A stretch of 64,000 bases of DNA. It comes from Macrostomum lignano. Taxonomy: Eukaryota. Numbering within the stretch: position 1 is the first letter of the stretch; every line of letters begins with the position of its first letter. Shown here piece by piece: positions 23,169 through 34,400 of the stretch. The stretch is taken from positions 62,001-126,000 of the forward strand of contig NIVC01000432.1 in NCBI GenBank assembly GCA_002269645.1, read 5' to 3'. A program made the position numbers and the translations under genes. The notes beneath the pieces were generated by a model that was given only the letters and a program-made list of their open reading frames with translations, did not search any database and had not been told where the DNA came from.

Positions 23169-23768
23169 ATGCTGAGTAGCAGCATCACCAGTGTGTGCGT
23201 GGCATCCTCTGATTTGCCCGCCTGCCAAGCAATCGGCCAATGGGACACCAAAGTCATCATGGCTGTCTGCAGGCCACGCCACCAACTACAGCAGCCTCGC
23301 CATCTCCTTCTGGTCGCCTTTGATCAGCACGCGGTGCACGAGCGCGTGCTCCTGGAGCACCTCGCCAAGCGTTGGTCTCGACATCCGCGCCGGCGCCAGT
23401 GCAGTCGCGCCAGGCTGCAGAGCGCCAGCTGCCGCGCCGCCATCCGATTCGGCGACATTCTTCGCCGTCGAGAATGCGCCGAACTGCTCAGCTTGCTGCG
23501 CCACTGCTCGGCGCCATTTCAGTGCGCGCACGGTAGGCAGGCTGTCTGGCCGATTGCCCGGCTCAACCCGTTGATCGATGAGGGAAAGGGCGACGCGGCT
23601 GACTACATTTTGGAGGCGTTGCGCTCTGCCGTCCCGACGCCCGCGCCCATTTCCGATTCAGTTTCGGGTCCGTCATCTGAGCAGCGCGCATTTTCGTCAA
23701 CATTTCTATCTGACAGAGAGTTGCCATCGTTGGCTGTTGATTTCAAAGTTTGCTCGGACATTTTTTAA
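23169..23768 (+). CDS. MLH3: MutL C-terminal endonuclease domain, MLH3-like, compact
   Basis: QAIGQWDTKVI, DQHAVHERVLLE (DQHAx2Ex4E), ASCRAAIRFGD and PFQCAHGRQ. The FQCAHGR form is the MLH3-type motif. No N-terminal ATPase exons were found upstream. Confidence 0.75.
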   Translation: MLSSSITSVCVASSDLPACQAIGQWDTKVIMAVCRPRHQLQQPRHLLLVAFDQHAVHERVLLEHLAKRWSRHPRRRQCSRARLQSASCRAAIRFGDILRRRECAELLSLLRHCSAPFQCAHGRQAVWPIARLNPLIDEGKGDAADYILEALRSAVPTPAPISDSVSGPSSEQRAFSSTFLSDRELPSLAVDFKVCSDIF

Positions 23769-24257
23769 ATTGATTAAAGACATTTTTATTAGTTGGATTT
23801 TTTAGATTAAAATTGCAATTAGAGCATTGTCTTGTCCTTTGTTGTCCTGCTAATTTTGACTATCTAGTGTATCTTAGAATTGGAACTTTTTGTTGCCTTT
23901 CAACTAATTTTAGAAGTTTTGAGTTAGTTTTTGATTAGACTGTTTGCCTTTGTGTCTCAATTTACTGACTACTGTTTACTGGAAAAATAAATCAGAGCAA
24001 CAAGCAGCTGAGCCATTTTTTAACCTCTTCAACTGGAGAGGCTGAGAATTATTTATTTTTTTACTTTTATTTTTTGAAGCAATAGAAAATTAATTAAGTG
24101 AATGATCTATTGAATGAGCTTTCGTTTTAGAGCTAGTGGCATTTGTTTGTTACTTCTATTGTGGATAGTCTCTGACTCTTACTATAGATTCCCAAACGAA
24201 TGAAATTTATAAAGACAGTTCAAGAAGCTTATACAGTCTTTCGTCAAGTAGATCTCC

Positions 24258-25832
24258 TTAATCAACAATGCTAGGATTCGAGCAGGCGACATCTTCCGAG
24301 TTGGGATAGCCGTGATAGAAGATGTTCCACAGTATGCCGAACAGAATGAGCACAGAGGCGGCCACGATGGCTACGATGGACACCACGCCCTCCCAGGGCT
24401 TCTTGTCGATGTTGCGTAGCACAGGTGTGCCAACCAGCAGTCCAGCCAGCATGCCGCCAACATGAGCTGAGACGCTCATCGGCACCTTGAGCGTCAGAGC
24501 GTAGCGTCTGTAGGCTGCTACGCCAAAGTCTACGCCAACAAATAGTGTCAGGTAGACTAGCGTCATAACTCCGCTGAGCAGGAATTTCAACGGGTTGCTG
24601 CGGCACTTCAGCCAGTCGCTTTGCAGTTCCTCCCAGTTCATCAGCACCGTGGCGTAGTGGGCACCAATCAGAGAGTAGACTCCGCCGGATGCGCCAACCA
24701 TAGCCGTCTTGGGATCGATGATGCTGCTGGCCAGGGCGCCGGCGAATACGCCGATTAAGAATACCGGGCCAACGCGCCAGATTTTGTGCACAGTCTCCAG
24801 TGGTACACCGAGAATGAGGCCGAGAACAGTGTTGAATACGATGTGATGGTAGCCGTCGTGCAGCAACATGTAGCTGATAAAGCGCCAAGCCTGCTGACGG
24901 ACGCTTGGGCAGAACACTAACGGACTGTAGTAGGGCAGGCCACTCTCCCAGCTGACGTGGTTCCAGTCTGGTCCGCGGTTCAGCTCTACAGCGTAGATGA
25001 TGAAGAAGATCCAGATGATCACGAACAGCAGAGGCATGAATATAGGCGGCGGTCTGCAGTTGTAGGCCTCCAGGTAGGACTCCTCCGGGATTGGTTCGCC
25101 TTCGTTTGCCGCTTCCTTCTTTGTTTCGCGAACCTTTCGCTTAGCGGCGGGCGTCAGCTTCTTAATGACCTTGTTAACTACTTTTTCGCTTTTTTTCACC
25201 TCGGTCTTTTTTGTATACTTCATGCCGTTGTAGAATTCGTTCCAGGACACCCGGCGATTGCCGTCCTTGTCCAGCTGTTTAAATAGGCATTTCAGCTTGT
25301 ACTTGCGACCGAGCTCGTTCTCGTACTGTTTGATCAGGGCATCAAAATCTTCGATTAGCATGCCGCCCTGCGGTTCAAATGGTTCGAAGTGATGCTTGAA
25401 GGTTACTGTTAGCCATGCCCGGTAGCTCTCTTCGTCTACTCCACTTTGCTGCTGCTGTTCCTGCAGCTGCACGTAGGGGGGACCGCCGCCGCGGGAGCTG
25501 CCACCGCCCGGCTTGCGACTGCCGCCGCTGCCGCTTCCAGTGGTGCTGATTGTGACGCTGGCTGCTGGCGCGCGGCGTTGCGGCTGCTGCTGCTGTTGCT
25601 CCATCGGGATGTCCATGCCCGGATCAAAGGTGCCGTACTGTTGCTGCTGCTGCATCATGTCGGATTCTTCTTCTTTCTGCTGCTGCTGCTGCCGCTGGGG
25701 CTGCTGTCGTTGGGGCTGCTGTGGCTGCTGTTGCACCTGCTGCGTCATGTCGGGTTCCTCCTGCTGCTGTTCCTGGCCATAGTCGAAAGTGGCTCGGGCT
25801 CGACTAGGCTGTTGCTGTCGCTGCTGTTCCAT
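24258..25832 (-). CDS. rhomboid intramembrane serine protease with N-terminal EF-hand (RHBDL1/3- or rho-4-like), single exon, 524 aa
   Basis: EF-hand LFKQLDKDGNRRVSWNEF; WRFISYMLLHDGYHHIVFN; catalytic GASGG; SAHVGG; multiple hydrophobic TM segments; Q-rich N-terminus. Confidence 0.93.
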   Translation of the reverse strand: MEQQRQQQPSRARATFDYGQEQQQEEPDMTQQVQQQPQQPQRQQPQRQQQQQKEEESDMMQQQQQYGTFDPGMDIPMEQQQQQPQRRAPAASVTISTTGSGSGGSRKPGGGSSRGGGPPYVQLQEQQQQSGVDEESYRAWLTVTFKHHFEPFEPQGGMLIEDFDALIKQYENELGRKYKLKCLFKQLDKDGNRRVSWNEFYNGMKYTKKTEVKKSEKVVNKVIKKLTPAAKRKVRETKKEAANEGEPIPEESYLEAYNCRPPPIFMPLLFVIIWIFFIIYAVELNRGPDWNHVSWESGLPYYSPLVFCPSVRQQAWRFISYMLLHDGYHHIVFNTVLGLILGVPLETVHKIWRVGPVFLIGVFAGALASSIIDPKTAMVGASGGVYSLIGAHYATVLMNWEELQSDWLKCRSNPLKFLLSGVMTLVYLTLFVGVDFGVAAYRRYALTLKVPMSVSAHVGGMLAGLLVGTPVLRNIDKKPWEGVVSIVAIVAASVLILFGILWNIFYHGYPNSEDVACSNPSIVD

Positions 25833-26689
25833 TTAGTTGCAACTTGTCTTCACGACAATGCTACCGCGTTGCTTGGCCTTGTAGTTTGAATGTTTGGCTC
25901 AATCTGGTTGGGTATTATTATTGTATTTGGGCTCCGCTGTGAAAGCGACCGAAACGGGAATGAAGAAGACTGGAGAGAGACTCGCAAAATTTTGGCTGCT
26001 ACTTTCTTTATACCTCTCTTTTCTTCATTCTTTAAGGGCGCGCACTCTGCATTCTGAGCTGCCTCTGCGGCGTGTTCCGCGTGTTCGATGGCCGATGCTT
26101 GGGTTGGCTTGGAGCCTGAGAAGGATTGTGGCGGGTCGAGCTAATGTACGTTCGTATTGTGGTAGCAATGAATTCATTCTCTCTCTCTCTCCACATTGTT
26201 GCGACTTGGCTATTGTTGTTATTGTCCATTTGAAGCTGCACCGCTGCCACCTCCATTTTCGAGTTAGCTGGCTAATTTTCGTGATTGAGCACAGCTTTGT
26301 GCCTGGGGCACAAAACATTGATGCGGGTAAAGTAGGGCATTACCTCAGGGTAGAGTAGAGACTAAATTTTACAACACTATCCAAAAGCAAAATGGATTGA
26401 TGCGCGTGTCTTGCGCCACTGCAGCACGTGTTTTGTTGATTGTCCTACTTTTCAATTTTGCACCGACAGCTTATGGCTTATAGTCACAAACAGAAGTGTT
26501 CTATTCTGATGCTTTGAGTGAGCCTGCTCTATAGGCTCTATGAGAATGTTCATATAAATTTTTAGTGTAATGGATTTAGTGTGCTTTATATATTGTAATG
26601 ACAAGCAATACGTTAAGCCAGCATATAACTTTTTTAATTTTATTGAAAAATTCGAGCATTCAGTTTATAACTTTATGACGCAGCCAATC

Positions 26690-27535
26690 AGATTCAACTA
26701 ATTCTGCTTTCGTCTATGGTTAAAACACCGCCTAAGGTCTGTGGCACAGGCAGAGCATTGAATTCAAGACACGGAGCAGTTCAATTCAGACAAGTCATGC
26801 CCGCCAGAGCTGGAGAGGCCACCAGACAAAATCAATCTACAGGATTGGCGTTCCATGACAATGCAGAGAATCGCTGAGTCAGGCGCGGCTGTCATCACGG
26901 TTGACAAGAGTGCAGCAGCTGATTTACTCACACACTGCGCTTCCTGCTCCACTGTTTGGCCCGTGAAAACATCTGGTTGAGCACACATGTCGTCTGACAG
27001 TTTAGTCACATTTGCAGTTGCAGACTTGTTTGCTTTCTGCCAACAGAATCCACAATTTTTGTCTAATGGCTTTAATTTCAAAATTTGAGCTCAACTACTC
27101 GACGTCTAAAATTCAATGCTCTCCCGATACACGATTTTGGCCATAGAAAATCGTCGAAGTACGGGTTGGATATGGTTGGCCGTGTCTTGAATTCAATGCT
27201 CTCCCCTTGTACGGTTTTGGCCATAGACAATCGTCGAAGCATGGGTTGAATATGGTTGGCCGTGTCTTGAATTCAATGCTCTCCCCTTGTACGGTTTTGG
27301 CCATAGACAATCGTCGAAGTACGGGTTGGATATGGTTGGCCGTGTCTTGAATTCAATGCTCTCCCCTTGTACGATTTTGGCCATAGACAATCGTCGAAGT
27401 ACGGGTTGGATATGGTTGGCCGTGTCTTGAATTCAATGCTCTCCCCGTGTACGGTTTTGGCCATAGACAATCGTCGAAGTACGGGTTGGATATGGTTGGC
27501 CGTGTCTTATATTAGGTGCTCAACTTCCTAAATAA
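26690..27535. mobile_element. non-autonomous inverted-repeat element whose right arm is expanded into an 80-bp x5 tandem array
   Basis: The left arm (…CAGGCAGAGCATTGAATTCAAGACACGG) is the reverse complement of the array unit (CCGTGTCTTGAATTCAATGCTCT…). A related unexpanded copy lies at 35290-35600. Confidence 0.7.
27108..27507. repeat. 80-bp tandem repeat, 5 copies
   Basis: Near-identical units. The ORF-track starts recur at 80-bp offsets. Confidence 0.95.
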
Positions 27536-28428
27536 AATTGATAATTCTGTTTTCCTAGTTTTAACAGCTAAGCAAAATTGTTGCATTGGCATGTCCCCCA
27601 TAGCTTCACTGGGGGGGGGGGGGTATGTCCCCCCTGCCCCCCCCCCGGTGGCGACGCGCCTGTAAGAAATAGTTTTGTAGTTAGTCTTGAATACATAGTC
27701 ACTAGTGTTGTATTGCCCGTCATATTCTTTACATTAAAGCTTAAGTTTTTGTCCAAAAACACATTTTCATGTTAGTATTGCTTCAGCTTTTTAATAATTC
27801 CTGAATCTCTTATAGTGTCTACTAGTAGCATATAGTAGCATTTATCGCGTTGTGCGCTAGAAATTTATCTATTTTAGTTTATTAGGTATTTCTATTTTTC
27901 TTGTGTCTGCAAGCACGCCCACAGAATCTCAAGCTTTTCTGTTCTGCCTGTCCTTCTTGAATTCGAAAACTCGAAGAATGCGAATGCATGCGAGATAGGG
28001 GGGGGGGGAGGAGATGGTGGTGGAAGAGGCTGCATGGTCGAACTCAATTGATGATGCTGTGCAGTTGAATGAGTTTGAGTTATTCGTCTTTTATCTGCAT
28101 TGTTTAGTTTAGCTCACGCACTGCTTCTCTGTCCCAATCTCTCTATTCTATTCTCGTCTCATCTCATCACCCTGGCCAGGCTCGCCGCACACTCGCGCGG
28201 GGCACACCCTGTCCTCCATTGTGCGCGAAAATATTTACTTGCCGCCGACGTAAGGGGCCAACGCCCCAAAAGGTACCAGCAGTCTTTTTATTAGCCTTCC
28301 ATCTTTATCTAAATCCGTATTTTACAGGCTTTGGGCTTAACTTCAACCAGTATTTTCAGTTTTTTTTTAACTAAAATAATTATTAATTGTTGAATTACTT
28401 CAGCGCGTCAGGAAGCAAATTTGTTTCA

Positions 28429-31400
28429 ATGCTAAACGGCAAAGCCAGAATGCAGGCCGGTGGAATGGCCGATCCCTACCATCGCCAGCTTCAGTATCCT
28501 CGCCAGCCTCAGCAGCATCAGCAGCCTCAGCAGCCTCAGCAGTATCAGCAGCCTCAGCAGCATCATCAGCATCAGCAGCCTCAGCAGCCTCAGCAGTATC
28601 AGCAGCCTCAGCAGCATCAGCAGTATCAGCAGCCTCAGCAGCATCACCAGCATCAGATGCAGCGTCAGTCCCAGCCTCACCAGCAGAGGCCGTTGCGCGA
28701 GTACGACGTGCTTCATCTGGCCAGCTTCACGGCCGGTCGGGCCAGACGCCTCAGCCCCGAGGAGGGCCTCCACAAGCTGCAGCAGATGGAGTCCAGCACA
28801 GGCCTGTGGGAGATGCAGTGCTGGCTGCAGCTCACCCAATCCGCTCTGCACATTGTTGATCGGCGCAACGGCGAACTGATGGAGCAGTTCGCTTTGGCTC
28901 GGATCCGACAGCCCGTGGCATTCGAAGGCGGCGGACCTCGCGGCTACGACAGTATCCTGCTGTTCAGCATCGAGGAGCCGACCGGGTCGTGGGAGATGCA
29001 CATCTTCAACTGTCCGCTGGCCGCTAATTCGGCATCGCGCATTGCCAAGGAGATTCACCAGCTGCTGCAGGGCGAGCGCCTGCCAACGGCTGGTGAGCAG
29101 CCAGTCAGCGCCCCCGGAGGAGGTGGCCGCCAGCAGCGTCAGCAGCCGCCGCATCAGCAGAACCTGCAGCCTGGGAGAAATTTCGCTCCGATTGCAGAAT
29201 CCCGTCTGGCACCGTTGGGAGAGGGCGGCGGGCAGCAGCAGCAGCAGCAGCAGGACTCGGAGCGGCTAGTGCACATTCTGAACCGCTGCTTCGACGAGAT
29301 TGAAGCCTTCGTTGGACGAGTTGGGGAAGCAGGTCGAGCTCGCCAGATGCTTCAGGTGCGTCTTAAGTTGATGCAGCTTATTTGAACTCTTTGAACTCAG
29401 AGATCCCGAATCTGAACTCAGAGATCCCGAATCTGAAATCAGAGATCCCGAATCTGAAATCAGAGATCCCGAATCTGAAATCAGAGATCCCGAATCTGAG
29501 CTCAGAGATCCCGAATCTGAACTCAGAGATCCCGAATCTGAGCTCAGAGATCCCGAATCTGAAATCAGAGATCCCGAATCTGAACTCAGAGATCCCGAAT
29601 CTGAAATCAGAGATCCCGAATCTGAAATCAGCGATCCCGAATCTGAAATCAGAGATCCCGAATCTGAAATCAGAGATCCCGAATCTGAACTCAGAGATCC
29701 CGAATCTGAAATCAGAGATACCGAATCTGGACTCAGAGATCCCGAATCTGAAATCAGGGATACCGAATCTGAAATCAGCGATCCCGAATCTGAAATCAGC
29801 GATCCCGAATCTGAACTCAGAGATCCCGAATCTGAGCTCAGAGATCCCGAATCTGAAATCAGAGATCCCGAATCTGAAATCAGAGATCCCGAATCTGGAC
29901 TCAGAGATCCCGAATCTGAACTCAGAGATCCCGAATCTGAACTCAGAGATCCCGAATCTGAACTCAGAGATCCCGAATCTGAACTCAGAGATCCCGAATC
30001 TGAGCTCAGAGATCCCGAATCTGAAATCAGAGATCCCGAATCTGAGCTCAGAGATCCCGAATCTGAGCTCAGAGATCCCGAATCTGAGCTCAGAGATCCC
30101 GAATCTGAAATCAGAGATCCCGAATCTGAGCTCAGAGATCCCGAATCTGAGCTCAGAGATCCCGAATCTGGACTCAGAGATCCCGAATCTGAAATCAGAG
30201 ATCCCGAATCTGAAATCAGAGATCCCGAATCTGAACTCAGAGATCCCGAATCTGAAATCAGAGATCCCGAATCTGAAATCAGAGATACCGAATCTGAAAT
30301 CAGAGATCCCGAATCTGAAATCAGAGATCCCGAATCTGAAATCAGAGATCCCGAATCTGAAATCAGAGATCCCCAATCTGAGCTCAGAGATCCCGAATCT
30401 GAACTCAGAGATCCCCAATCTGAGCTCAGAGATCCCGAATCTGAACTCAGAGATCCCGAATCTGAGCTCAGAGATCCCGAATCTGAACTCAGAGGTCCCG
30501 AATCTAAACACAGAGATCCCGAATCTGAACTCAGAGGTCCCGAATCTAAACACAGAGATCCTATTATATTATTATACTATACTATTATTAAATGATTATA
30601 TAAATGCTCATGTAATCGCAATCCTTCAAGCTTGCCAAGTTACCTATCCAAACTCTAACCTTTTTCAGTCGGGTCAACCGCAGGTAAATAAGATAGAGCA
30701 ACAGCTCGCCAAATATAGCTTTGTATGTTTAGTTTTGCTTTTCCTGTAGTTAGAAATTTCACATTTTTTGAAGATAGATTGACTCAATGAATTTTAATTA
30801 CGATTATGGATGATGATGTGAATAAGCTTTTTGTTCTGATATGTTTCGATAGGTTCTTTTACGCTTGTAGTATCTATAAGTAGCATTCACAATCTACAAT
30901 CCTTAAATATTATTATACTACTAATTCCCCCTACTAAATATCCAAGTGATAAATTGTATTATCGTATATCCTGCCTATTTTTTAGTTTTCGTAGAAAAGA
31001 CGATATTTAATCATTATTTCAATTAATGTTGTTTTACATCAATAAAAACAGAGGCGGTGAGCTGAGGACAGGCTGGTAGCAGAGGTCAGCTGAGGACAGG
31101 CGGGTAGGGTAGCAGAGGTCAGCTGAGGACATACGGATAGCAGAGGTCAGGTGAGGACATACGGATAGCAGAGGTCAGCTGAGGACAGGCGGGTAGCAGA
31201 GGTCAGCTGAGGACATACGGATAGCAGAGGTCAGCTGAGGACATACGGATAGCAGAGGTCAGCTGAGTGCAGGCGGATAGCAGAGGTCAGCTGAGGACAT
31301 ACGGATAGCAGAGGTCAGCTGAGTGCAGGCGGGTAGCAGAGGTCAGCTGAGGACAGGCGGGTAGCAGAGGTCAGCTGAGGACAGGCGGGTAGCAGAGGTC

Positions 31401-34400
31401 AGCTGAGTGCAGGCGGGTAGCAGAGGTCAGCTGAGTGCAGGCGGGTAGCAGAGGTCAGCTGAGGACAGGCGGGTAGCAGAGGTCAGCTGAGGACATACGG
31501 ATAGCAGAGGTCAGCTGAGTGCAGGCGGGTAGCAGAGGTCAGCTGAGGACAGGAGGGTAGCAGAGGTCAGCTGAGGACAGGCGGGCAGTAGCACCGAATC
31601 ACTAAGGCAGCAATCAGTGATGAAGCACCAATGAAGCAGCAGCATCCCCAAACTTTGCCCACCTCAGTCGGGCTCGGCGCAGAGCCGCGGCCTGCTTCAA
31701 ATGCGCGCCCGGATGCCGCCAACCGAGCAGTTCGTTGAGACGCTGAAGAAGGTCAAACTGGCGCTGAATCTGCTCGGCCGTCTGGAAGGTCGAATTCACC
31801 AGCCCAATGCCCCCGAGCTGGTGCACTTTCTGTTCACCCCGCTGGCTGTGCTGGTTGACTCGCTAGGCGGAGTTGACCTGCCATCCAGGGTGCTGTCGCC
31901 GCTGCTCACCCGCCAGGCCATCGCTCTGCTCAAGCACTGTTTGAGTTCGCGCGAATCCGAACTGTGGTATTCGCTTGGCCCGGCCTGGACGTGTAACAGG
32001 CAGCAGTGGCTGCAGGAGCACGGCAGGCCGGACCAGGTGCCCGACTACCGACTGTGCTTTCAGGTAGGCATTGCCAAATTAATAGTTGCTAAATCCCGAT
32101 AGATCAGTCCCTATAGATCAGTCCCGATAGATCAGTTTCGATAGATCAGTCTCGATAGATCAGTCCCGATAGATCAGTCCCGATAGATCAGTCCCGATAG
32201 ATCAGTCCCGATAGATCATTCCCGATAGATCAGTCCTGATAGATCAGTCCCGATAGATCAGTCCCGATAGATCAGTCCCGATAGATCATTCCCGATAGAT
32301 CAGTCCTGATAGATCAGTCCCGATAGATCAGTCCCGATAGATCAGTCCCGATTTCCGTCAGCTCGTCTCGTACCAAATAGTCCCAGCGGTAGGAACTAGC
32401 CATTCTCATTTTTGCATCCGTTGCCCCTGATTGCAGGACGGCTGGGAGCCGCAGCTGGACCCGGAGCTGCTGGGCCAGGAGGACGTCGCCGCGCTGCCCT
32501 CCCCAATTTTTCAGGCGCCGTCGCCGAGGGTAAGAAGGCATTTGTGACTTCAGTGTCACTTGACCTCACTTGACCTCAGTGTCACTTGACCTCACTTGAC
32601 CTCAGTGTCACTTGACCTCACTTGACCTCAGTGTCACTTGACCTCAGTGTCACTTGACCTCACTTGACTTCAGTGTCACTTGACCTCACTTGTCCTCAGT
32701 GTCACTTGACCTTAGTGTCACTTGACCTCAGTGTCACTTGACCTCAGTGTCACTTGACCTCACTTGACCTCAGTGTCACTTGACCTTAGTGTCACTTGAC
32801 CTCAGTGTCACTTGACCTCAGTGTCACTTGACCTCAGTGTCACTTGACCTCACTGTCACTTGACCTCAGTGTCACTTGACCTCAGTGTCACTTGACCTCA
32901 CTGTCACTTGACCTCACTGTCACTTGACCTCAGTGTCACTTGACCTCACTGTCACTTGACCTCAGTGTCACTTGACCTCACTGTCACTTGACCTCAGTGT
33001 CACTTGAACTCAGTGTCACTTGACCTCACTGTCACTTGACCTCACTGGCACTTGACATCAAAGCCTCCCATGTCGATAGGAATATATTATTATCTTTTAA
33101 AGTTGACAATAATGAAATCATTTTTTATTTCGAGTATTTTTTGTCTGTTAGAAATAAACTTACTATTTTATCTATTCCAGATCAAATAGCGGTTTCTGAA
33201 CAGAATATTCAAATTTGACTTTCTGGTTAGCAAAGCTCTCTATGCTCGGATATTTTACCTTTTTTGCGATTATACTTTATTAGCTTGATTTTGAATAAAA
33301 ACTTGTTTGTCTTAGAATTTTTTATGCAATTGTTTCATTAGCGCAAACTCTGCGATGTACCTATTTAGTTCCTAATTAGTTCCTTGGCTTTCGGTCCGTG
33401 GGCTTTTAACTTATCACTGTCGTTGTTAGTCATTACTATTTCTTCTACTTAGCTATGGCCTAAACACGGTGGATTGTGACCCAAAGCACTGTAGGTTGTG
33501 ACCCACTACACTGTAGGTTGTGACCCACTACACTGTAGGTTGTGACCCACTACACTGTAGGTTGTGACCCACTACACTGTAGGTTGTGACCCACTACACT
33601 GTAGGTTGTGACCCACTACACTGTAGGTTGTGACCCACTACACTGTAGGTTGTGACCCACTACACTGTAGGTTGTGACCCACTACACTGTAGGTTGTGAC
33701 CCACTACACTGTAGGTTGTGACCCACTACACTGTAGGTTGTGACCCACTACACTGTAGGTTGTGACCCACTACACTGTAGGTTGTGACCCACTACACTAG
33801 ATTGTGCTCGAGGTTTCAAAGTGTAAAACAGATTCACCAATGGCTATTTTTGCATAAGGCAGTCAGGTGTGGGGTTTACCAGCCTTTTAAATTACACTTG
33901 CTATTTAGCACAATGAATAGGTGTGGCTATTTATTATTTAAAAGTACATCTTGATCGATATTTACCGCCGCGCCGTTCTCTTGTCTGAAAAGGCGCCTCG
34001 TGGAATCGGCGCCGGCGCCGCCTACAGCGGGCCAAACAATGGCGGCGGCGCGTTCGAGGCGCACCAGTACCGGAAGCCGCGCCCCATCAACTCGGTGGTT
34101 GTGCCCGACCAGATACCCGGCTTTGACGCTGTCGATCAGGACGACCCGCCGCCTTCAATGCTGCGCCGCTCATTCCAGCAGCCGCCATCGCCCTCGCCTA
34201 CCCCGCCGCCGCCTCCGCCGCCACCGCCGCCTCCGCCGCCGCCACCGCCGCCTCCGCAAGCTTCTCAGCCGCAGCCTCGCTATCATCATCAGCAGCAGCA
34301 GCGGCCAGGCAATCAGCAGCAGTTTGGCCAGCTGGAAGCTGCGCTTGTCAACCAGCAGCAGGATGTAAGTTTCAAATTCAGTAAACTCGAAACTTCCATA

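Noticed and set aside
27108-27507. CRISPR-like regular arrays (also 9660-10346, 36510-37605)
   Set aside because: Units are contiguous with no unique spacers, there are no cas genes, and the context is eukaryotic.
29378-30749. 455-aa (SEIPNLK)n and 391-aa antisense ORFs
   Set aside because: A 21-bp array lying inside EPS8 intron 1, bounded by good splice sites.
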